DNA of 64,000 bases, taken from the NCBI GenBank assembly GCA_964019335.1, contig OZ025663.1:310001-374000 (forward strand), in the 5' to 3' direction. Numbering within the stretch: the first letter of the stretch is position 1; each line of letters opens with the position of its first letter. Positions 35,101 to 48,057 of this stretch are shown here, in pieces. The notes under the pieces are model-generated. The model saw only the letters and a list, made by a program, of their open reading frames with translations. It made no database searches and had not been told where the DNA came from. Source of the stretch: Diplonema japonicum (lineage: Eukaryota > Protista > Euglenozoa: Diplonemea). The translations under genes and the position numbers were made by a program.

Positions 35101-38100
35101 GGCCAGACGGCAACGTGTTTGGTCTGCAGTCGAGCACCATCCTGCACACGGGGCAGAGGTTGCAGGGGAGCGCGGCCATCTGGGAGTACGTGTTCACCTT
35201 CACCGTTGACCTTGGGGAGGGCACCATCATGGTGATGAGGGACGACAGCCGTGTCGTGCACTCGTCCCTCATCCCCGATTTCCCGAAGGCGACGGGTCCC
35301 CTCGTGCCCTTCGTCACTCTCAGCAAGCCCGACATCCAGTGCACGTTCGAACCATGCAAAGAGGAGGTGAAGCAAGGAGAGGGCAAAGTCTCCGTCATCG
35401 TTAAAGGGACCAACGTGGCGAAGAATGCTAAAAAGCCGGGGACTCGCGGTGTCGCGGACGGCTTGTACCACAAATGGATCCCCACGTACAAGAGAGAGGA
35501 CGGCGCCTACAGCATCTCATACTGGAACGGCAGGTGGTGCGTGAGCGACACCGCTGACAGGCCCGTCGCGTGGAGCTCCCCTTGCTCGCCGGATCAGCAG
35601 CTCGGAACGGAGTCCTTGAGGTGGACGAAGCTGGTGAACTACGAGCAGGTACCGAAGTACATCCGTCTGGTTGTCCCCGAGCAGCCTGGTGGGATCCTCG
35701 AGCTGCAGAAGGAGAAGAACGACGGGAGGGTCGTGTACGCCAACCAAAGCCACAAGCTGATTTGGTCGGAGGTTCTGAAGAAGTGGATGGTGACGAAGCT
35801 GAAGCCCGAGAAGCGCACCGTTGCGTACTACATCTCTCCCTCGAAGGCGCTGTACCCGCATTGCTGTTCGTCCTGGTCGTGGGGCAACGGGACCACGTGG
35901 CTGCAGGACGACAGGATCCGCGTTGCAGCTGTTGATCAGACGCCCCTGAGGGAGGATTCGAAGCACCTCGTGTGGACGCAAAAGGAGTACGGTACCGGTT
36001 GGGAAGACGCGGCGGAGGTGAAGTTGAACCTGACGCCTTCGGCACCGAACGTCGACATCGGGATCAGCATCAGGTTGAGCACCGCGGAACAGGGGACCGT
36101 GATCATGGACACGATGACGGCGGACGAACTGGCGGGGTGGCACGTCGTGCGCAAGGCATCGGGCGCCTCCGTGAGGGCACCCGACCTTCGGAAAGCGCTG
36201 TTGGAGGTGTCGAGGAACGCGACCAGCGGGCTCTGCATGGACACTGATTGGAAGACGACGGAGGAGGCCACAAAGATTGTGCGGGCGAACGCGGTGAGCC
36301 AGCTCCGCAGGATCGGTGACCTGTTGAGGAGTTTCAAGGGCGCGGAGGGGCACGCCGATCCCTGGGTCGCGAAGAACTTCACGAAGGGGATCCCGAGGTA
36401 CGGACAGCTGCAGGCGAGGGTCATCGAGGGGGCCATTGTCGACGTCAGCAGGCTGCCCATCTCCGACAGGAGGCTCTTCGGGTTGTCCTTGTTCGAGGGA
36501 GACACGAGGCCGTACCACGTGCTTGACTGCTACTCCGACACGCCGCCCGAGGACGTGACCTCTTTCATCATGCTTTACAAGATGGTGCAGAAGGGGAGGT
36601 TTGTTGTCTTCAACCTCCAGGAGCTCGGTCCCGACACCCAGAACGAGATCCGTCTCGCGATCGACGCCGCGAAGAAGTCGACGGACAAGGAGCTGCTCGC
36701 CCTGGTGACCGACGGCGACGGGACCGACGAGACGATCGAGTTCGTGGACGCGCAGGCGTGCGACGTGAGGTGGAAGAAGTGGGCGATGGCGAGAGCGGCG
36801 AAGCTCAAGAAGTTCAAGACGATCACCTACTACGCGCAGAAGCCCGGTACCGGAAAGTCGTACACGATCAACCGGAACGTGAAGGAAGGAAAGTGGGGAG
36901 AGGGGGTGGAGGCCACGAGGTTGGACCTGGACTCGACGAAGGAAAGCATGGACCACGTGTGCTCGAGATTGATGGCTCCCTTGAGGGCGAAGGAAGGGCT
37001 GCTCATCATCCACGTCGGCCACGACACCAACCCTCGTGTGGTGAACCAGGTGTTGGACAACCTGATCTTCTTCGGGAGGGTCCAATCCACATCCGGATTG
37101 TCGGTCTCCATCAAGTCGCAGGGATGGCACCTCGTTGTCGAGTTCCAAGAGCCCCCCGCACCTGAGGTGGGCCACGTCGTAAACGACCCGTGGAGGAACG
37201 CTGAAGGCAAGAGCGAGATCACCCTGCTGTCGTGCGCCGACCTTGCTGAAGAGGGCGCCCTTGCAGAATATGACCTGAGTGAGTACCCGGGTGTCTTGGA
37301 TGCCTTGAAGTACTTCCGCACCGTGTTCAGGGGCACAGATGCGAACTTGCCCACCGACGACATGCTGCTGGTTCGCATGCTTGCTATGGGGATCTGCAAT
37401 GCTCCCAAGAACAGCGGCTCTGATGCGGACACTGCTACGTACAAAGCCTTCCTCGAAGCTGCAAACAGCAGCACACCTCGTCTGCTTTCGCGTTCGATAA
37501 GATACTTGGTTAGGCAGTACAAGATCTTCCAACCAGAGCCCAACGCTAAAGGCGTAACTCTCATCAGCCCTACAAACCAGAACAAGTACAAGTTTGTGGC
37601 ACGCATCTTGATGCACGAAATGCACCACTTTGTCAACCCATCGCTTCCGGACCACTTCCACGCGATCCTCCAGAAAGATAATGTGAAGGATTACATGCAA
37701 CTCTCGGGCATCCCTAGCCCCGATCTTCAGGAAAGCATCAGGCTGCACGAAGAGGAGACGACGCGTACACTTGTTGTCATGCGAGGGAACGACAAAGACA
37801 ACATTAAGCAAGACGAAGAAGAGAAGTCCAAGGCGAGGCAGAAAGAGAAGGCGACAGCACCCATGTACTTGCTCACTGAGACCCTTTCCGAGGAGCTTGC
37901 GGTTGACAAGAAGCTAGCGACAACAGCTCTACGTGAGAGCAACTACGTGCTGATCCCTGACTTCTTGCAGAAACTTGTCCAGCTGAGTGGCCACATAGAC
38001 CTCAACGATCCCCCTATCCTACAGGGGCCATCTGGTACTGGTAAGAGTTATGCAGTGAAGATGTTGTCAGACCTTATGCAGCTTCCGTGCGCTTCGGAGT

Positions 38101-41100
38101 TCGATGCAAAAAACAGGAACAGGGTCGCCTTCACAGACCTTAGGAACACTTTCTACAAATGGGCCAAGAAGGACTCAAGCTTGAAGAAGCTCTTCCCCAA
38201 TGACGACTCTGACGTGCAGGTTGGTGGGCAGGGTGTGCTGTGGACGGCACAGACAATGAAAGCCACAAACAAGGCGAGCACGTGTCTTGCAAAACTTGTG
38301 GACCGTGACAACGTGGACGCCCTGGACTACGTGAGGGAGTGCGTAAACGACTTCTTGGGCCCTCTCATCAACGATGAGTATGCCAACCCTGACATTGCAA
38401 AGAAGAAGAGGGAACTCGCGTCGTTCAGAACTGCCATCCAAGTGCTCAAGAACGGTGCTGAGCCCGGTGACCCAAAGAGGGCAGAGACTTTGAGCAAGTC
38501 TGTGCTTGTTGTTGCGGATACTCTCTCGAAGGTCAGTGGTGGTTTCCTGACATCTGAGATCGTCACCTGCATGATGTCCGCCATTCGCTCTTCGAAGATG
38601 AAGGAGAAGGCCGGTAGGCTGTATGAAGAGTTCATAAAGGTTCTCGACGCTGATCCCTTGCACGATGCCTTTAAAACCTGGGCACGTGAGGCTGTTCTGG
38701 CTGTGAAGGGAAACAGCGAAACCCTGTGCCAGATTGTGAAGGAGAGATTCAGGGACGAGCTGAGGAACTCACCGCTCCTGAACCCGTCGGCTGAGCTGGT
38801 TCAGGCACTAGCAGACACCGGCACCAGTGATGACCCGACGACGGGCGAGAAGCTTGGTGAGATCATCGTGGAGATGTTGAAGCTGAAGAGAGAGAATGCC
38901 TCAGTCGACATTCTTATGCGCTACGACCTGACACCTGAGCTGCTGTTCGATCAGATGCGCCCTGTGCTGGAACGTGCACTGGAGTGCCCCTCAGTAAAAT
39001 TTATGGTGATGATTGACGAGATGAACGCCACGAAGATGTTGGGTCTTGTGAAGCGGATTGTGGTGGACCGCTACTGGGACAGGTGGGAGGACGCACACCC
39101 TGAGTCAAGGGGGTACCTCCCTCCCAACGTTAACTTCGTTGGTGCCGTGAATCCCTCGAAGAAAGACGCCATCCTGGAGGGTACAGCCACAGAAGAATCT
39201 GACAAGACAAACGAGGGTGCAGAGAGTCTCGGGTTCGACGTGACCCCCATGCCGCCCTCGCTGATGGAGTACATTGTGCCGTGGAAGCAGCTTGCAGAAG
39301 GACAGAGAGAGCTGTTCATTTCTCGTCTCATCGGGGCCAACAAGAATCTCTTCTCTGCAGACATCAGGAGAAGCCAGATCAAGGCACTGGACAGACTGCT
39401 GCTGAACGCGCATAGATTTGCACAGAAGAAGTGCCAAAACAAAAGATCAACAGTTTCGCAGCGTGATCTTCACAGAGCAATGAAGCTGTTCGACTTTTTC
39501 TACAAATATGAGAGGGAGTTCGTGTTCAGTAATGGAAGCCAATCTAGTGAAGTGTGGGAAAGGTCACTGTCCTCGATGCTTCTCGGCATTGCCGTTTCGT
39601 ACTACTTTAGATTTGCACCCGATGAGAGAGAGGAGCTGTCGACGATACTTACGGCGCTTCTTGTAGAGGAAGCCGGGAAGAACCCGAAGGAGGTCCGTGC
39701 ACTGCCTGATGGGGTAACCTTCGCAGACGTGGTGAAGAAGGCAGTGTCATTCTTCTGCCATAACAAGCACTTAAAGCTCCCCGAGGCTGTCTATGCGCAC
39801 CAGGGTCTGATGGAGAACCTGTTCGTGCAGATGGTCTGCTTCGACATCCGTCTTGCAGTGATCCTTGAAGGTGCGCCGGGTACATCGAAGACGCTTTCCA
39901 ACAATATCATCAGAGACAACATGACAGGGACAGGCTTGTTCTGGAAGGACTTCTGCCACATCTCGGACATCTGTAGGTACCAAGGGTCTGCACAGAGTAG
40001 CGCAGGCGAGATCAAGAGGAAGTGCCAGGAGGCATACACGAAGCAGAAAGAGAACGATGACGCAGGATCGAAAAACAAGCGTACTTTGCTGTTCGTGGAC
40101 GAAGCCGGTTTGGTGAAGGGTGAAACCGACGAGAGAAAGTGGGCCCTGAAGGTGCTGCACTACTACTTGGAGGGTGCGAACCTCTCGTCAGTGCTGATGA
40201 CAAACGCAACTCTTGACCCCGCCATCGGAAACAGATGCATTGTGGTGTACATGGCCAAGCCCGAGTCCAGCGAGCTCACAAACATGTGTGCAGGTATTCT
40301 GCACAAACATGGCCGGAAGGGTCTGTCCTATCTCGCCTCGAAAATCGTCCCTGTGTGCTGTGATGCCTTCCACAAGCTCGTCCCCCAGACGTCAGAGAAA
40401 GAGGAGCTTGTCGGCTACGACCCATCTGAGAAGTTCAGGTGGTGGTACGGTCTGAGAGATCTCTTCCACATGATGCGTTACATCAGGAGGTACCAGCCAA
40501 ACGACAAGAACCGTGACGAAAACTCCAAGATCGACGTGACGCCCGAGCTGGTGATGCGTGCCTTGGAGAGGAACTTCAACGGCCCTAGTGAGTTCTTCGA
40601 AGCCACAGTGAAAGTCTTTGGTGAGAAAATGGGAGCGATCGACCCAAACTTTTCTGCTGACAAACTGAGAGACGCAGCGAAGGGGAAGATCGACATCGTC
40701 CTGGACTCCATTCGGGACAACAACCGAGCGACAGAACAATCTGCTGGCAAGAACTTGAACGACATGTGGGTGAGGTTCAAGCTGCTGGTGGACACCACTG
40801 AGGATGGCTCGCTGCTGCAGCTCCTGAGGCAGAGTGATATCCCTCACTTCTGCGACCTAAGCGTACTGTCGCTGAGCGCGCTGTCTAAGGGTGACGAGCT
40901 TATGCCTGTCACTGTTGTGTCGCAGATTGCTGCTGCGATGGAAACCGGCAAGACAGTGTGGCTAACGAACACGAGAGAGATCGATGCCTGTCTGTTCGAC
41001 GTCTTCAACCAGAACTACGTTGTCGCGAGCAGCGGTGCGAATGAGGTGCTGCACTTCGTGGCCATCGCGATCGGTGCTGCTTTGGAGTACAAGCAGGTGC

Positions 41101-44100
41101 ACAAGGACTTCCAGTGTATTGTGCACGTTACGAAGAGAGAGCTGAAGGGGATGGGCCGAGTCCTTCCCTCTCCTTTCTTGAACCGTCTTGAGAAGTTCAC
41201 GATTTCCGTCGCTGATGTCGTGTCATACGTCGGGAGCCGCATGCTGAAGGAGGACGGGCTCAAGGCCGCACGTCTCAGGCAGAAGTTGGAGTCGTTCGAA
41301 AAGACGCTTTCCGTGCGCAACAGGTGTGTGTTCAGTGACAGCGAGAAAGAAACCTTCGACTCCATCCTGCTTGAGGCCATCCAGCAGAACAAGCTGAAGG
41401 ACCGCATCCGCATCAACTCTCGTATCACAGCTGACGACGCCTTGTCGAGCTTCGTCTTTGGGTCTAGCGAAGAGAATGCTCTGTGGAGGTCGCTGAGTTG
41501 CAGGCTGCTCCAAGTGTTACGCCCTGAGGGCATGATCCTTGCACAGAGGGTGCTGAAGGGTGCGCCTTCATACATGAGGGCTTACTTCAGGGATTTGTCG
41601 CCATGGAGTCTCGAGAACTACCTGATTGATCTGAGGAACAGACTGCAGCAGGCAAACGCGAAGAAGAACAAGCTCGGATGGACCAGGTCCGTGATCTACT
41701 CGCCTGCGAACGTAGATTTCCCGTCTCTCATTGAGGAGATCGACAGCGTGTCCCAAATCAGTGTTGACGGGCTGCTTGACTCAGAGAGAGGGCACGAAGA
41801 CCTTAAAGAAGAACTGTACAAGTTCTGCTTGGCACCAGACAAAACTATCTTCGTTGTTGTGATGAGCCCCGACTCTCTTGGGAAGCCCGAGTCCATGGAA
41901 GTTCGCCACATGCTCGACACCCCCCCCGAGTTGAAGGAAGGTCAGTCTATGCAGAACAAGGCTGTCTGCGTGCTGCACGCCTTCCATGCCACCACGTTGA
42001 CTGGCTCTACCAACTGCACGCCGCTCTTCGGGTGCGGGTGGGACCAGGTGTACATCGATGCTGCGGGTGAGCACGTGAGCCTTGACATCCTGCGCTACGT
42101 CGACCCGTCTATTTCGGGGAGGAGGGCACCTAAGCCCCTTCCAGAATGGAAGGACATGCTAGTGTTGCTCGACCAGGCAATGAACGGCCTGATGCAAGCA
42201 CAGAGCGAGGCTTCCACCAGGTGGGCACCCGTGGCAGCGAACGACCCTGCTGCGGTGCTTTACGACATCAAGAAGCCTTTCAGCGAGCAGGTGACTAAGG
42301 CGAGGAACCTCCTTGAAATTTGCCCTAAGGTTCGCAAGACTCTACTCAACCTGTACAGGGCCAGGCTCCCCACCGATCTAGAGCTTGTTGAGATGGCGAA
42401 GGATGTGGTGGCGTCCGAAAGGTCCCTCAGTCTTGCGCAGAGGCTTATCGATGAGGAGAACACCGCTCCGAGAGCGCTACTCACTTTCGCTCTGCGATTC
42501 TTGCTTGATGATCGTAATGCATCGGCGCTGCTTTCTTTCTCGAAGTCTGGCACAAAGGAAGACCTCGCTAAGAGTGACGACATAATTGCCCGCGCTCTCG
42601 AGGTTGCCGCCTCTGCAACGACCTTTGACCACTTGAGGCACATGAAGGTGAACACGCTCCCGCCTCTGTACGTGGGTGCGTCGATGCCCGCTCTGCCCGG
42701 TTCGTCTTCTTTGATGGAGACGCTCCCCATCCCTGCTGGCGCTTTTGATGTGGTTGCCGAAGCCATTGAGCTGCAGAAGAAGTACGAGGAGGGTCCGGTC
42801 GGCACCCTTGTTAAGATGGTGAACAAAGACGCCAGACTGGTCACTGCTTTCTTCCATGACAACATCAGGTCGCGTGTGAGGTACAATGACGAGAAGCTCG
42901 TGCGTCAGGTTGTGGAATGGACGTTGGAGCTCTCCCGCGGGATGTACAAGGTCAAGTTTGGCAACGAAGCAGAGAACGTGTGGAGGGTGCGTGCTCTGTG
43001 CTGCGTCGAGTCTGCAGCTATTGACGATTACATACTGGCGATGGTCCCACTTGCGGCGACAGGGACTCTTGACGGCGTGAACCCCGCTGCTGTGTCCATG
43101 AGCGACGTTGGCAACTCGCACGTGGCTCATGAGCTGTGCCCCAAACTTCTAATTGAGGCCCTTCCTAGAATGGCTGGGAGGCTTGGCCAGTTCCGTATGG
43201 CGTGCTCAAGCATGTTGCACAGGGTGACAAGCGAGTGGGTAGTAAACAGCAAGACCTTGCCGTGTTTGGCAGTGCTAGGTGGCCTGCTCTCAGACGAGGG
43301 CAAGCCCAAGGTCAAAGAGGCGATCACCTTCTCGAAGGCATGCATGGCGAAGAAGTCACTCGACTTCCCTACCTTAGAAGCAGCAATGACACGGGCATCT
43401 GTCCCGAAGGTATCCTTAGCCCTTGCTAAACTATACAAGAGCGGTGACGAAATCCCATTATTCCTGTGGAAACAACCCCTGAGCAGGGCAATGCATGCAC
43501 GAGTGATGTCTTTCATTATTACAGAGCCTGAAGCGGCGATGAAGACTAACCCTGCAGTAGCCGATGTGCTGCTGAAAGCTGCACTAGCGCAGATGAAGCT
43601 GAGGAAGGCAAGCAACGTGACGGAGGTCACTTTCTCACTCCCCACAGGCAAGACGGCCGAACCGAATCTTGTCAAGGAGCTGAACGCGTCTGTTTATCTT
43701 GCTTTGTACGATCTTCTGTACGACCGAACTGTTGGGATGAACACGGAGGCGCTTGACGCAAGCCTTGCAACCAAAATCGCCACGAAATACCTGGAACTTC
43801 TCGAAACTGAGAAGGCACTGAAGAAGTCGTACAGCTGCTCGCTCTTCATTGCTGTACACAAGAAAGCACTGGAAGTGGCGTTCCTGCAGGCCTTAGCATT
43901 CGTGTTCCGTCGTCCGCCCAGCGAGCAGAAAAAGACGTGGGAACCCGTATTGATGACTCAGGAAGCCGTCAAGAATGTGACGAAGGTGGCAAAGTTGCTG
44001 ATGGAGCCTACTGGCTTTGTGTGCCCTAAGAGAAGTAGTGACCTGGACAGGAAGTTGACGAAGAAACCGCCCAGTGCCGTGTGCGAGACCAACATGCTGA

Positions 44101-47100
44101 TGCTGCTTCATGCACTGGAGAACGGTGTCGGTACTGTGAGGGGCATGGGTACAAAGGCGATGCTGGAATACCTGCAGGACCAGGTGCCAGTATCTGACAA
44201 AGACAGCCATATTGGAGCGCTGGTGAAGGTCTGTGGTGCTGGTATGCAGCACAAGTGTCAGAACGCTGAGCCCATGGTTACCAGGCCCGGTGACCTTCCC
44301 TTCGTGTACAAGGTCGACGAGCCTCTTTACGAGCCGTTCATCACGCTGAGGCGTCAGCTCAACCTCAGCTCCGACGCAGGTATTGCTGACGGGAAGGAGG
44401 TGGATGAGATCAACACGATTCTTGAAAGCATTCTCAAAAAGCACAGCAAGACAGAGGTAAAACAAACACACAACAATACACATTACAACACAGGCCCGTC
44501 TTCTTTTGTTCTACACCTCTTTCAAGTGCTTCTTCGGTGAGAAGATCACCCACAAAGGTGCCCTCAAAATCGTGAAGAATGACAAGCTCAAGTCTCTGCT
44601 CGACCTTAACGAGAAACAGCTCTTGATCCTCCACATCGCGCTTGACCCGAAGCAGATCCCTGTGCCGTGTCCCGAGAGGGTATGTTTAACTTTGTATTCC
44701 AATAGTAGAACTACTACAGGTCAACGTTATGGATTCACTCTCTGAGGGGTTCAAGCAGGAATGGACTGAGATGGTGATCCCTGCCCTTGCTGTTGCTTGC
44801 TCCGATCCTACATCGCTGCTGTACTCGCTGTACATTGACATCGACGAGCAGAAGAACCTGTTCTTGCCAGGTGACAAGACAGGGAGTGCCATTACGCACG
44901 GTGGTGGCTACAAGCTTGACTGTGTGACCCAGCTTGACGAGAACGGGAACATCCATTCGTACGCTAGGGGGCAGCCGGTGATGAGCACGGGTTCTTGCTA
45001 CCTGTTGTGGGGTATCTTGTTCGGTGGTCTTGCATTGCAGCTGCTTTGGTTCCCTGGATGTCACTCGACGATCTGGAACTGGGTGGTGTCGTCGTCTATC
45101 CACAGCAGGACCTTCTCGTATCAGCATGGGACATCGAACTACCGCCACTTGGCCCAGCAGCTGACAGAGAGGTCCGTTGCGTACCATCTACACATGGGTG
45201 CGCACACGGGGCTGTCTGTTGACGAATCGCAGAGGATGTACGCGTTCCTGACCTACGAGTTCACGAAGTGCTCAACGCTGCAGAGGAAGAGGAACAACAC
45301 ACGTGAGGCAGCCATCCAGGTAGAGTCGAAGGTGGAAGATGTGTGGAAGTTGTACACTGGCAAGAAGAGGTCATTGCTGACCCGTCCTTCAGCTGATATG
45401 TGCTTCACCTTGAAAGCCCTCCATGACTGGGGTATCGACACCAAACCGCATGAGCTTCCCCGTTCAGGGAAGATCTTCAGCGACCTCGAGTGCCTGGGTG
45501 CGCAAGATGTGCCGAAGCTGCTGAACATGGCACTTCATGAACGTGAGAAGCTGAGCTTGTTGGCACCTCTGCTGACCGATCTGTACAGCTTCGCTTCGAG
45601 GGTGCACAGAATGCTCACCAACAGGCTGCCCACGAAGTACCAAGACCAAGGCGAGGAACTGCCCACTGCCTACCAGTCTGTGCTAGACCTGTTTAAGGAG
45701 TACACGCCTGTGTCGCAGTACGAAGTTGCCATTGAGCAGTTGGCCCGCATCAAGAACAAGTGGAACACCTTCAGGGTATGCAGTACCAGTTTTTATTATC
45801 ATATAACAGTCGAACGTGGGGCCCATAGACTTCGAATGCGAAGAAGGTGGCATCAACATCGTGATGGAGGAGCGGGAGGTACAGGTTGGTGCTGCTGGGT
45901 TGCCAGACACCCTTGACTTCTGGATCACGATGCCAGATGGGATTGACGCGCAGCACCGAAACCTTGTGAAGGCAGCTCTGCTGTCCCTTACGGAGAAGGT
46001 GTGTTATATTTCTTTTGTGTTTGTAGAACCCATCACAGTACAACCAATGCCAAGCCATCACTTCGCACTATACCAAAACGGAATGTGAAGACGAGATGGA
46101 GGCTGTCGACCCCATGCTACTCAACCCTTCAAAGCCCGATCTCATGCTCAGGGAACACAACGGCCTTGGTGAGGTTTGTAGGTCGCACGTAACCGATACT
46201 GAGGTATGCACACATCGCTATTTGCACGAAATTCACAGACCAACTGGACCGGCATCGAGACGGAGCTGTCGTTCGCCTCTGGGCTGCTGCTCCCGAAGCT
46301 ACTCTCCCCCGTCTTACCGGTATGCATGTTGCTTGTATCAGCTAATTTATTTTCAGGTCTTCCGCTTCTTAGACCCTGAGGACAACGTGCAGTCCCACGA
46401 AGTGCAGCAGCAGGCTGCTGACCTGGTATGCTCAACACACCCCATGAACACACAACAGTTGATGGTGCAGCCTGACCGTCACCTGAAGCCCCTGACGCAG
46501 AAGCAGGAGGAGAATCTGCGGACGAACGTGAAGCACTTCAACGAAGAGCAGAACATCTCCGTGCTGGTCGGCTTGATCAGCACTTTCAAGGCGAGGGACA
46601 CAACGCCGACCAGCAAGCTGTACCCAGAGGTCACAAAGCGATGGGGCCAGAAGGTGACGATGCCTCTGCGCCACAGCATGCTGTCGGATATTGTGGTCGA
46701 GCAAACGCGTGGCGTGCTAAATGTCTTCATGGACAAGCTGGAGCAGAACGATTGGTTGACAGCGCACATCGGCACCGATTTGCACATCCCCATCTCGAGC
46801 GAACTTCTTGCGCAGATCGACGAAAGGCTCGTTGTTCATTTGCGCAGCAACCCCCCCGACACAGTGCTCGAAGAGCTCGAGGAGATCCTCGACTCGGCCG
46901 GCAACTGCTGCTCGTCAGGTGAGTACCTCCGCGACACGAAGGCGTCCCTCTCGGAGTTGCTGTCTGCTGTCTTGCTCTTCGAAGACAACCACAACCCGTG
47001 CGACATCTTCGAAGGTGTGCTCATCGAGAACATCGTCCCCTTCATCAAGCTGGTGAGGAAGAAGCTGCGCAAGCTCCGCAGCCAAGCCTCCTCGAAGACA

Positions 47101-48057
47101 TGGAAGGAAGAAGGCGCCGAGCTCAGGGAAGTCCCGCACACCGTCGTGCTCAAGAAGGCACCGCTTGCCATCATGTACGACGACGACCTCACCATCACAT
47201 CGGTGGGTGATGGTGCTGGTGCGAGCGCAGGGTTGCAGGAGGGTATGAGAATCGTGGCGATTGGAGAGCACAGAGTGAGGGACAGGCAGGAGGCGGACGA
47301 CGCCTTGACGAAAATGCTTGATGTGTTTGAGATTTCTGTAGCGCTGGCGACACAGGAGCAGCACGGCGACGATCTTGACGTTGCGATGCACCATGCGGAC
47401 AAGCATGACGACGTGGGGTTGGACCGCGATAACTCATGGGCCTCATTCATCGAGCAGGCGAAGGACGAGGAAAAGCAGATGCACGACCTACCGAGGTGCC
47501 CATCGTCCTCTGGGATGCTAGGCCGCTCAGACTCCTTCTCGGGTACTGCATCTCACTCAAGACCATCACTGGGCGCGGGAGCAGTACCAGCAATGGAAAG
47601 ATCCGGATTGCCAAGATCCCAGTCCAATATTGAGGCCAAGGAGCTGGAACACAGAATGAAGCACGGCCTTGGCGAGAGGCAAGGATCCTCTACGGGTTTG
47701 GGAGAAAGACAGGATTCTTCTGCCTACGATGATGCCATGAGGAGACAGAAGCATGAAGTCGAGAGGCGTGAGGACCAGGAAGAACAAGAACTGTCAGAAC
47801 TCGAGCAGCAGAAGCGAGAAAACAAGCTTTTGAAAGACGAATTGACGAAAAAGAATAAGCAATGCGAGTCAGTGACCTCGCAGCTTACAAAAAGGGAGAA
47901 GAGCCTGAAGGATGTGGAGACTAAGCTCCACGAACAGGAATCTATCAATCAAACCCTTGCCACCACTGCACGTGCCCGGCAGGATGAGATCGAATCACAA
48001 AGAATAGCGGCACAGCGTGCTGCGAAAGAAAGCGAATCTTTGCCTGATTTTAAATAG
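29136..48057 (+). CDS. RNF213: Giant RNF213/mysterin-like AAA+ ATPase (about 6221 aa; introns 44457-44493, 44680-44719, 45776-45809, 45999-46038, 46204-46238, 46320-46356, 46426-46458)
   Basis: Ordered RNF213-type motifs: LQGPSGTGKS, MIDEMN, VSQRDLHR, ENLFVQMVC...LEGAPGTSKTLS, LLFVDEAGL, LKVLHYYLE, NATLDPAIGNR, YGLRDLF, LERNFNG, METGKTVWLTN...LFDVFNQNY, VHKDFQCIV, PSPFLNRLEK. Seven phase-0 GT-AG introns join track ORFs 29136, 44506, 44729, 45816 and 46096 into 18666 coding nt. C-terminal PDZ (about 47140-47345) and coiled coil. Confidence 0.88.

Noticed and set aside
46204-46356. Cys-rich stretch VCTHRYLH...CCSRS...YACC in the ORF track as a possible zinc finger
   Set aside because: It is read-through of two introns plus an exon in the wrong frame.
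44506-48057. ORFs 44506, 44729, 45816 and 46096 as separate genes or a frameshifted pseudogene
   Set aside because: Each break is explained by a canonical 33-40 nt GT-AG intron that restores frame.
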